Assembly (NCBI GenBank): GCA_964304625.1
Contig: OZ199840.1
Span: 3,213,189 to 3,277,188 of the forward strand
Source of the DNA: Kudoa neothunni
Taxonomy: Eukaryota > Animalia > Cnidaria
DNA: 64,000 nucleotides
Direction: 5' to 3'
Made by a program: the position numbers and the translations under genes. The notes beneath the pieces are model-generated. The model had not been told where the DNA came from, ran no database searches, and worked only from the letters and a program-made list of their open reading frames with translations. Of the stretch, positions 53,228 through 64,000 are shown piece by piece; positions within the stretch are counted from its first letter, which is position 1, and every line of letters starts with the position of its first letter.

Positions 53228-55272
53228 TCAGTTATAGTAATGTTCAAGGATACTGTCACTTAAACCTATTTTCAAGAGACAGTGATGCGTTTGTTTGAGG
53301 ATCTCAGTGTTTTGTGATACAGTTATAAAGGTGACGCCTTTTTCCATACACAAACTGAACATTTTGATAGCGTCTTCGGTTGGGAGACAATGTACCCATT
53401 CATCGATAACTAATGAAAATAAATAATAATTTGTTAATTCGAAAAATACCTGCCACTGTTGGCCTGAAAAAAAGAATTTTTGCAAACATTAGTCGTTGTT
53501 GTTCTCCAGTAGAAAGCGACAGAGAATCAGGCCTCTTATCTGGTTGAGTATTGTCTTTACAAAGATAATGCAAACCCACTACTTTTAGGCAAAAATCAGC
53601 GTCAGTATAAAAATCACATAGCTGTTTCATATGAAAACAGGGGTAAACCAATTGATCATATATTGTGTGAGAAGATGGACAATATTGGGTGGGGAAAAAT
53701 GTGAGCATTGCTTGAGGAGCATCCAACTCATAGCATTTAGTGACAAGCCCGTAACTCGGCTTCAACAATCCAATAAGAAATCGTACCAATGTGCTTTTGC
53801 CACAACCTACAACAAATATTAAATCATAAGGAATCCTAACTCTATGACAATATTTACCATTTGGCCCAGTTATTCCAAGACTATGAAATTTTTTCACGGT
53901 AAAATTAAAAGTATTTCCATTGAATTGATCGTTTGCAGGGAGGTACAATTTTAGGTTGGTTACCACTATCAAGTCGACAGGATTCCACTTGATCAAACTT
54001 TCATACGAAAGTGCTTCACTGTATAATGAGGTGGTTTCTGATCGGTCATTCTTCACCTCCTCCACCAAACGGTTGTCAATATACTGATACATTTCCAGCA
54101 GTTTCGAAACCCGGCATACATGCGCCTTCAATTGGATGTAAGTTTTAGTTGAGTTGATTATGGCGGTTAGGCTTATAATCATCTTTTGCACGAAAAACAA
54201 CCCCATGGTGGATTGGAAAATTTCACTGTGGGCCAAATCACCGTATTCCATATCTAGCAAGGTCCCATAACGATAACAAACAATAATCAACACTGGGCAG
54301 CTGAATTGGAACCAAGATGAAAAAAATCCAACCAATGTTGAATAATGAGCTATTTTTTGCATGTTTTTGACTATTATATTCAACCTACATTGTTTTTAAT
54401 TAATAAAATTATTATGACTAAAAGAAAATAAATGGTTATTTTTTGTTCTAAGTTAGCAGCATTAAACGATTAATTGTTTGTATACATCAGACATAAATTC
54501 AAATAAACGATTATGATTACTTTGAGGAAACATTTTTTAATTCGGTATTCAAACTGTTGGACAGATGGTGATGGTCAGCGTGTTCTCTAAGAGATGCATG
54601 TTTTAAACGAAAACTTCCCTCATTTCGTTGCAACATAATAATTGATTTCCTCAGTGGCGTGGCAACCAGACTCATCACGCCAATAAAGACCAAAAAATAT
54701 ATCAGTAGAAATGTCGTGCTTACGATTCCAAACGTAGTAGCGGTTTTATAAATGTAGAAATTGAGGACCACAAAAGGCACCGTGACCAACGACAAACATT
54801 TCAAAAGATAATGACATACTTGTGAGGCATCCTGTGTTATTACTTGGTCATGGTGGTAATCTGACCCCATTCTATTGACGTGAAGAAAATGAGACTGTGT
54901 CATGTAAAGGCGTTGAAGTTGAGACGTGAGGTTTTTTCTTGTGTTGGCTTTTAAGTAGTTAAGGACCCATTCTTGAACTGCTGCAAGAAATGAGATTGTT
55001 GTGATTGCCGCTGAAACCATAATTAGCATGTGAAATATTGTAGAGTGGACGTTGTTATCTACTATCGTCGATAAACAGACACTTGAAAGTAGACCCAAAT
55101 AATAGATCAATATCTCGTTAAATGTTGTCAATCCAATGTAGATCATTAAAAGGAGGCTGCTTTTGGAATAGCAGGTTTTGAATGAGAATCCGATAACTTT
55201 CCAGAATATGAATGATGAGCCATATAAGTTCAAAGGTGCATTATATGTTTGATGTGTAATGCTTGCTGGCAT
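53228..55272 (-). CDS. ABCD4: ABC subfamily D half transporter, ABCD4-like
   Basis: TM domain with DQVITQD and EAA-like RNEGSFRLKHASLREHAD. Walker A GPNGCGKST is split by intron 53807-53857. Signature LSTGEQQRL and Walker B AVIDE are present. It lacks the long N-terminal extension of peroxisomal ABCD1-3. Confidence 0.85.
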
Positions 55273-57400
55273 TTAATGAAAAACACTGCCGCTTTATGTC
55301 GCAATAATACGCAAAATGTCTGCAACCCACACAGTTAGAAACGGATTCAATTGGGAGCTTTATTAGGCTACCAATAAAGCCGTATTTGAATATCTAATTA
55401 ATTTGTTTATTTCGGTCTTAGTCTAGGTTACACTGTATTTTAGTTTGTTATGTGCTTTATGAGAAAAACAGTGTAAGCTTCTCTTTATTTTTAATTGATT
55501 CATTTAACGCTATGTCAATTTTCGAAACCTACCATCTCATATTTAGATTTTCAAAAAAATCAGCGGAAACTCATAGACTTAGATTAGTAAATAAATCATT
55601 TTCATAAATTTAACAATTCTTGAATAGATTATTATATATGAGTTAAAACGACTACTGAGCGGTAAGGTTGGTTATTCGATGTCGTCTGTTGGATAAAAAC
55701 GAATAATGCTTACAATCGATCTGCTAATCTCCTCGTTAAATACTAATATTTTTAAGTACTTTACTAAAAATTGAAATTTGTTTGATAAAGAGATAAACTT
55801 AATCATTTGATTTATACCATTCATATACAAAGATCAAAACAATTTTCGAACATTAAGGTATTAAGTCAGGATTAAAATTAGCTGAAATAAAAATTAATGA
55901 TGCTATTTTAATTTGCCGTTTCTATAAAATTCTTTTGATGAAAAATTTCGTAACGCCAGAAACTTAACTTTACTTTCTGTCGTGTGCGCGCGCCGTCGCG
56001 ATTTTTTTTTCTCATCGAAAAAAATAAGATTAAAACCATTTGCTCAACAAAATAATTCTTTTATTTAATCCTCTAATGGGTTTGTGGTAAAATATATTCC
56101 AAGGGCCATCACATGTTCGACGTTTTTAGGATCATTCGAGGGGAAAATATATTTCTGTAACTTTTAAAAAATGTACAGCACGTATGAAACTAAAAATAAT
56201 AAAAACATTGTTTTAATTTTCTATTAGATAACTTTATTTTTAATTACATAATATTTTAGGAATTTTAATTTTATAATGCGTTATTAAACCAGCAATAACG
56301 CAGAATATTTAATTAGGTAGATATATTTGTCCGGATATTCTGTGTATAATTATTAAGTTCTCCGATTAGAAGTGAAAAGTGGATTAACGAAGGCAATTCA
56401 CAATGGAAATTTATTGTCTTAATGTTTAATTTTTTTTATACGAGGATAGAAGTAATTTTACACTATTTCATTTGTTTTAATTATATTTACAGCATTTTTT
56501 TATACGGACTCCTTCAAAACCAGCTTGCAACAAAAATCAGACAACTATAAATATGTTAACCCGGCAGACTAATAATACTATTAATTAAATTCATATTAAA
56601 CATTTTTACATAATTATAGGGCACTTTTTAATTCTACCACCTATATTAATTTATGAGATGCTAAAATTCGGTATAATAGAAATTTAACATAATTCATAAG
56701 GAGAGGCTATTTTTATTACATTGCTATTCTAAATTCCCCAATAATATTCCTATATGGTTTTTTTAATTTAATTTTATCAATCTATGAAAATGATATACAC
56801 CAACAAAAAACAATGTTCACATAAAAATTGTGTAAACTGGTTAAACAAATGATTTATTGGATTATTTTTTTGTCTTATTTGAATTCTGATTGCCTCAAAA
56901 TTCATTAAGTATTCCCAAATAAAAATATAATTACTTATTATTTAATATTTATATAATTATCGCTTTTTTAAAAATCAGTGTAGAAGTATTTGTGCTTACA
57001 ACTGTTTACTTACTCTAGGAACCAATTCATTTAAAGGGAATTTTCAATACTGCGCAGTTTTTGAAACGAAAAAGATGATTTTTCTTAACATACAGTAAAA
57101 TAACGGTGCCTTTTATTGTCAGCTATTATTTCACCATTAACAATTATCAAATTAATGTATATATTATTATAATATATAACAAATGTTCGGCGCGCAAGTA
57201 TATAAAACAAATGTTGAGTCGAGTTTATGCGAAGGCGCAAGAGCAATTAATAAATCCATATTTTAAAAAATTTAAAAAGAAATTCGATACTCAAAAATAA
57301 ATGTTTGAAAAATTTATATTTAATGAATTTCACAGCAGAAAAAATAACAAAAGATTAAAAAGAAGAAAATGATTGTCTAAAAATCCAAATTCAATGTACA

Positions 57401-60400
57401 CTATGAATTTTTAGACACATAATCAACAGACCACTGTCTTGGAGCGGATATCACAGAGTGAGTGGATGGTGTGGTAGGTGGTTGTGGGGAGGTGTCAATT
57501 TGGTTAGGTTGTTGGAAGTTGACGTTGAAATTGCTGGGTAGTCTTTCCGACGATTTGTTGGCGAGATCTCTGAAAACTTTGATCACCCGCAATTGTTGTC
57601 TGAGACGGAATAGACCACGAATCCAGAGTGTTTTGGGGTTGACATCAAGTTCTGCAAGTTGACGATCAATGTCAGCCATGTCCATCAACGAGGTGGATTG
57701 GCCTCCCAAACGATACTTCTTCCGTACTTTGATTGGCGGTATGGAAATCACCAGTTGATGATAGAGTAGTTCGCCGGTGGCAAAAAATATACACCACAAC
57801 CATTGGTCGATATCCAAAGCTTGTGTTTTGAAGACGTATCCAGAAAATTGTACAATCACAATCTACAACAATAGCAACATTACTCACACATTCACATCAT
57901 TAGTTAATCGTTCAAAATTACTTGTGCCGCCAATGTTACAATTATTATACACATAAAATATCGGTTATGGAACATGTGCCTGAAAATATTTCTTTCGCCA
58001 TGTACCCGTCTTGCGTTAAATTCGTTGCATATTTGCATTAATACAAACACATTGAAGCACATTGTCAAATGTTGACTGAAAGTGGTCGCCATTGCGGAAG
58101 TTGAATGAATATAATCCAAGTTATCCAGGAGGAATCCATTCGGTATTCCAAACCAAGTAGGTACAGCAAAAATAAACACCAACATTACTATCACTTGATA
58201 CAGCGAATGGAGGGTGATAAAACGAACCATTTTACTGGACAGTAAGCTTTTGTCACGACCGTAGGGAGGTCGATCTAAAAGATCAGGTGTAGGGCCATCG
58301 GTTGCCAATGCCAACGATGCTAACGAATCCATAATCAAATTCACCCACAATAGTTGGATTGCCTTCAGCACAGTTTCATCATACATCACCGAAGTGAATG
58401 AGCATATCAAAATAGCGACCACATTGACTGTTAATTGGAATTGAATAAATTTGGAGATGGCATCGTACACATTTCTTCCCCACATCAAAGCTTTGACAAT
58501 ACTGGCAAAGTTGTCATCAGTGATGACAATATCACCGGCCTCTTTGGCCACATCAGTGCCGGAGATGCCCATAGCGAATCCGACATCAGCTTTTTTAAGT
58601 GCAGGAGCATCGTTTGTGCCATCCCCGGTGACGGCAACAATTTCACGATTTTTGTTTCTCTTGCTCTCGATAATGCCATTCACTAATACGTATTTATCTT
58701 GAGGGGAGGATCTCGCCAATACACGAAGTCGAGGCCAAACTTTGTCGAATTGGGATTGAACAATTTGGCCTTCTTTATTGCGTACAAGTCGATTAAATTT
58801 GACACTATCCAACACCAGTTGGTTGCTTTGAGGATCGTAGATTCCACATTTGATAGCGATAGATCTTGCAGTGATAATATTGTCACCGGTGACCATACGA
58901 ACAACAACACCAGACTTTTTGCAAGCTCTAATAGCTGATGGCACCTCACGCCGTACAGGATCTTCAATTCCCACCAAACAAAGCGATATCATGTCATCAA
59001 CAATAATATTATCATCCAAACTGTCCACTTCACCCAAGCTTTCAATGGGGATGTCTCGGTAGGCTAGCGCAATAGTGCGAAGACCGTTTGAGGCCATTTC
59101 TTCGAGAACTTTTTTGAGGTGGGATTTCATATCAGCATTTAACGATTGAGTTTTAAGTGTGTCGGTATTGGAGATAACGCGCGAACATCTTGATAGCAGA
59201 TATTCTGGAGCACCTTTGGTTAGAATTCTCGCAAAAGGTGATGTGTGGTCGTCAGTTGGGGCCACTTCCACCACAGTAGTCATAAGTTTTTTCTCCGACA
59301 AGAAAGGAAATATTTTGATTATTTTATCCGAGGTGTATATGCGTTCGAATTCAGCAACCGTTCTACCGAATGACATTATAAAACCAATAAGTGCACATTC
59401 GGTTTTGTTGCCTAATTGGAGAGGTAGATCACCAACAATTTTCGAAGGTTCAACGTTGGATTCGAGACTTTTGTTTATAGCAATATTGGAACAAAGAATA
59501 TCGAGAAAGTTTGAATTCAGCTGACCAACATCCACCATCCTATCGTAGTAGGTTTGGGAGATGTACGCGAGGACGACAGTCATTCGGTTGGTGGTCAAAG
59601 TGCCAGTTTTATCGGAGCAAATAGTGGTTGCATTGCCCATAGTTTCACAAGAATAAAGATGACGCACAAGGTTGTTGTCTTTGAGCATTTTGTACACACT
59701 GAAGGCAAGTGCTAATGTCACAGCAAGTGGTAAACCCTCAGGTATTGCCACTATCAAAATGCTCACACCGACCACTACGAAATTTCCCAATGTGTAAATG
59801 TCACTCTTTTCAAATGGTCGTTTGTTCTTTCCACTGTATGTAACAACACAGAACCGAATAATAAGAATGACGGTGATAGCAACACCACAGGCTAGTCCTA
59901 TTTTTCCGATGATAAAAGCTAGCTTGGTTAGCTTTTGTTGCAGAACCGAGGTGTTTTTGGTCGAAATTTTGCTGCTTTCATCTTCTTCTTCCTCAATAGT
60001 GTATTGTGCAACTTCTTCGCGCTGATCGTTATCTTCTAACGATTCACCTATCACTTCATGCGTCAACTGTTTTTGAGGACGAATTTTAGTCTTGGCGAGT
60101 CGTTTCTTAGCTTTCATTTTGTTTAGACCGGGATGGGACTTACTTTCGGACGATGATTTTGGTTTTTTCACTTCCTTCTGATTAGTTACTCCTAACATTT
60201 GCATGATCTTTCCAGATTGTGAATTTATTCCAACCGCCAACACTATAGCCTTTCCCGCTCCTTTCATCACATTGGTACCTGACAGCAGAAATCGATTATA
60301 AAGAGCATCTTTTTTAATCAGGTCAGATTCTCCCGTTAGAGAACTTTCATCCACATACAAATCGCTACAACTAACCACAATCGCATCCGCGGGAATCTGA

Positions 60401-60990
60401 TCACCATACCTAAACAAAAAATATAATAATAAATAGTAATCAACGAACAAACATTGATTGGGTTTGAAATGTGCTTACTTCAATAGTATAAGATCTCCCA
60501 CTGTGATATCTTTAGTGGAGATTTCCTCTGTTACGCCATTTCGAATTATCGCAAATTTGTTGGATAGCTTAATTTGCTTTTGAAGTTTCACAAATTGTGA
60601 TTCCTTGTGATAATCGTTGATGGCTGTGACCATGGTTATTACGAATACAGCAAAGTAGATTGCCACCCCCTCGATCCAACCATGTTTAGGGTCGCTAAGC
60701 GTGCCCACAATCAGCATAAATGTTGCGGCAACCAACAAAAATATCAAAATGGTATCTTGAAAGGCTTTGGCGAGATAGAAAAAAAAAGAATTTTTCGCTC
60801 GAGGTACTATGTAATTTTGTCCATAAAAATTGATTCGTATAGCTAATTGCGAATCGCTATCACAAATTCCTTTGGTGGTTGATGTTTCAAGCGCTTCAGC
60901 CAAACTGTCCAACGTCTCAAAATGTTGTTCCAACATTTTATTTTGTACCAACTGAGTTAGCACGTCAGGCGATACTTTAAAAGTAGCCAT
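57401..60990 (-). CDS. ATP2B: Plasma-membrane Ca2+-ATPase (P2B), 3 exons
   Basis: DESSLTGES, IPEGLPLAVTL, CSDKTGTLT, KGAPE, MVTGDN, GDGTNDAPALKKADVG, QFQLTVN and the calmodulin-binding LWIRGLFRLRQQLRVIKVFR. Confidence 0.97.
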
Positions 60991-62049
60991 TATTTTTTAA
61001 TTGCTAAGTATGTGGAAAAGCTCTACTACAACCAACAGCCTAACCTATTCCCTGTGCGCTCACTGAATACTTATTACGCTTAACTGTACTCGCGTCGATC
61101 CGTCCACCCACAGAGGATTATTTACACCTTAATGATTTAGAGTTGTGCATCTAGTGTTAAGTTGTTATTTTAAGTCTCAGTGACCTAATCAGGTTTATGG
61201 TTTAAGTTCAATGGAAAATATTGTTCGATACACTTGGACAAATCGACCGAACATTCGATGATTCAACAACTTGGATAGGTATTAATAGGCTAATTCAACA
61301 CGTGCAATAGCTATCCACACAAATTTGTGTCATCCCGTTCGGTAGATATTTCAAACCAAAATGTAACATCAAACACATCTAATCCACTCGAATAAATTCA
61401 AATTTTTCCGTAATCAATCTCACCCTTTACTTCAAGAAGAGATAATCCTATATGGGCTGTTAGTAAATATTTTTTGTTCATTATCAAACCTTTTTCTGTA
61501 AAAACAATAATCAATTTACTGTAATCACAAATGTATTGTGAATCTTATAATAGCCAATTAAATTATTAAGCAAATGTTTAAGTCGAAACGAACTGAACTC
61601 ATTGAAATGACCAATTATTAATTATTATTTGATAACAAAATATTCGATGGCCATCATTTGTAACTATGACAACAAATAGCTGATTTGTATTCTAATTATG
61701 TGCTTTCAAATGACAATCTTATTTTAAATGTTGTATTAAAATTAAGGAGCGTTTGAGTCCTATTTAATCCTTAATTATTTTTTCATTGTGGGTAAATGTT
61801 GTCCAACGCTTGAATGAACTTGAATCCGTTCCACGATAAGATTATCAATTATTACTTAGGATTAATATAAAATCCTTTGTATGAAATAAAACACCCTGCG
61901 AAATATTCTGGAGCCTGGTGATAGTCATTCGCAATCCCTTGATAACTACTTACATCAGTTGATTAACCAACAAGGGATTTTGAATTAAATTTGAGATATT
62001 TTTATTATTCTAACAAATGAAACTTCTACTTGGTGCGAAACTCCACGAA

Positions 62050-62110
62050 TAAACCAATTGAAAATAAACCAATGTTATGCGCGCGCTTGAGCTAATATAA
62101 AATCCAATCC
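62050..62110. promoter_or_regulatory. CCAAT-box cluster plus GCGCGC word
   Basis: AAACCAATT, AAACCAATG, TGCGCGCGC and ATCCAATC fall within 60 nt, about 1.1 kb upstream of the PMCA ATG. Confidence 0.35.
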
Positions 62111-64000
62111 CAACCACGCCTTTCGTCTTTTCATCATAGTGTAATTTTTTTTCTCTAAGTAAAAACTAACATAAAAAGGAGAAATGTAAACGATTGAATT
62201 AAAGTTGAGATGTCCTATCAATCACTGTGTGGAAATCATTCAGTCCATTTGGATCATAATTTAAAATGTTCAGCGTATTTATGAGATAGCATTCTTCAGT
62301 TTCTCCGCGTTTAATACATACGTGATGTGATCATTTTCGTTGTGATTAGCGTCATATTGAGAATTTTCATCTCAAATAGAGAGATTTTTCTTATGAAAAT
62401 AAAAACCAGAATCTATAATTTCACATGTTTTCCATGATCTAACCATCTTGTTAGATTTATTAAAACTTTAAAAGTTGAGAATTAAAGATAAGCTTGATTA
62501 TCTTGTGTATCTAGAATGATGGTGTTCTTTCCAAATTAATTGCGATAAATTTTTCTTCTAAATCCAATTTTGGGAATTGAATTATAAACAGATTTGGATT
62601 TACTAAGGTTTGGTTGGGTAAGAGAAAGCAAACGATATACATAAGAGCCATGACATATATGGATGCGCCAGTATTCAGAATGAAGTTGTTATTTTACGTT
62701 TAATTTAATTTTGAAATTTTGTGATTTCATCTTATATAATCGTTTATCTATATTTTTATTTTAATTTTGTCAACAATGATGCAGTCAGATTCTACTACAA
62801 TTGAAGAACGTAATAACAAATTTTTATTAAAAGGGGTTTTAACAGGTTAATTTTTAATTATGACAAAAAAAAACGATAATTAAATCTAAAACAAGCAATT
62901 TTTTCCAATATATTATTCGCTTTTAATACTTAGCTTATAGGATTATAGGCATTTAAAAACAATTTTATTTACACTATTAAAATTTTTAAATTTTTACAAT
63001 TAAATATCATTTTCAATAATCAATAATGATGTTTTAGTTTGTATATTTTTTTAGCGGTTTTCTATAGCTAAAATTAAACGATATGTAATTAATATTGGAA
63101 GATATCTACCATCAGATATTTTTAAACGTTGTTTCCCACATAATAATAATAATACCAATTTGTAAATCATTTATAATATAGAAATACAACATCTATAACA
63201 AAATTGTTAAAAAAATGTTTAATATAATTATTTAACTTTTTAGAAATTACTTATTTTCATCATAAAGACCAACAAACCTATTTGCAGTACATCGCCCTGA
63301 TATAACTTTTTCTCTTTATTTGTTTATAATTAAATTTATATAATATTAAAATATCATGGATTTCATGAATACAAAATAAAATATTTCTTTGTAGAAGAGC
63401 GAAATTAGATGACCTTGTACAATTATAACAAAATCGTTCGTCTCCTATAATAATATTCTTCTTATTATATATAAGATTCATTTAATTAGCAGTAAACATC
63501 CATATAACCGTTAGATTGCGCAGACGTTAAACAAAACTTACTAATGTTTCGAGATTAATGTAGTGTACGATTATTTTCAAACATATTATACGTGCCAATT
63601 ATTTGTTTATTACATCATTTTAATATTTCACATAAGATTTAATGAGTGAGATAAACCATCCAAACCATTATATACGTTTCTCGCTAATTTTAAAGATAGA
63701 TATTTTAGTTTAATATTAATCAAAAATTATTGATTTTAAATGATTCATTAAACCGAAAGAAAGTAAAATTTTATTTTATTATGATTGATTGATTGTCGTT
63801 GGTCGGATTCCTCCAAGATTCCATCGGATCATGAATATTTTATTTATCATCAGTTTGATCACTGATATTAGGCTCTCGAGGATGTATGTATAAAAGAAAT
63901 AAATTTGTATTTAGTAATTAAGTCCACATTGTTATTATTATCCATTTGTCGTAGTTGCATTATTTAGGTTAAATATAAGTAAAATATTTTCTATATTGCT

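Noticed and set aside
57462-60846. Plus-strand ORFs overlapping PMCA
   Set aside because: Antisense shadows of the ATP2B exons.
61180-61420. GC-richer stretch with possible splice sites upstream of PMCA
   Set aside because: No coherent ORF or recognisable protein. May be PMCA 5'UTR.
62100-62700. Minus-strand NFILNTGASIYV resembling a retrotransposon aspartic protease (DTGAS)
   Set aside because: Catalytic Asp absent and no RT/integrase motifs or LTRs recognised. Too weak to call.
1-64000. tRNA, rRNA, snRNA or spliced-leader RNA genes, CRISPR arrays, non-standard genetic code
   Set aside because: None recognised by eye (Infernal or tRNAscan-SE would be needed to exclude them). In-frame stops in real genes are all explained by short GT-AG introns.

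Overview
Very AT-rich eukaryotic nuclear DNA from a metazoan with highly divergent proteins. Most GT-AG introns are tiny (about 40-60 nt), and a few are kb-scale with transposon insertions. The profile fits a reduced parasitic animal such as a myxozoan or orthonectid, but this is inference and the taxon cannot be fixed from this window. Nine multi-exon genes can be reconstructed by hand: integrin alpha (5'-truncated, missed by the ORF track), UFD1 head-to-head with PSMD2/RPN1, a secreted five-Kunitz-domain protein, HEATR1/UTP10, NGDN/LCP5, CHERP, an ABCD4-like half transporter and a PMCA (ATP2B) Ca2+ pump. There is also one candidate small membrane-protein ORF. Intergenic DNA holds decayed DNA transposons, several with recognisable ends: piggyBac, hAT, pogo/Tigger, Merlin-like and Helitron. 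One Helitron carries two nested insertions. The most interesting observations are the five-domain Kunitz protein with alternating disulfide loss, the ABCD4 with a degenerate nucleotide-binding domain, the integrin with a non-canonical GFFKR tail and reduced propeller, the minimal CHERP, the bidirectional UFD1/PSMD2 promoter, and GCGC-rich words that bracket genes. All family assignments come from motif recognition, not database searches. Exon boundaries are manual.
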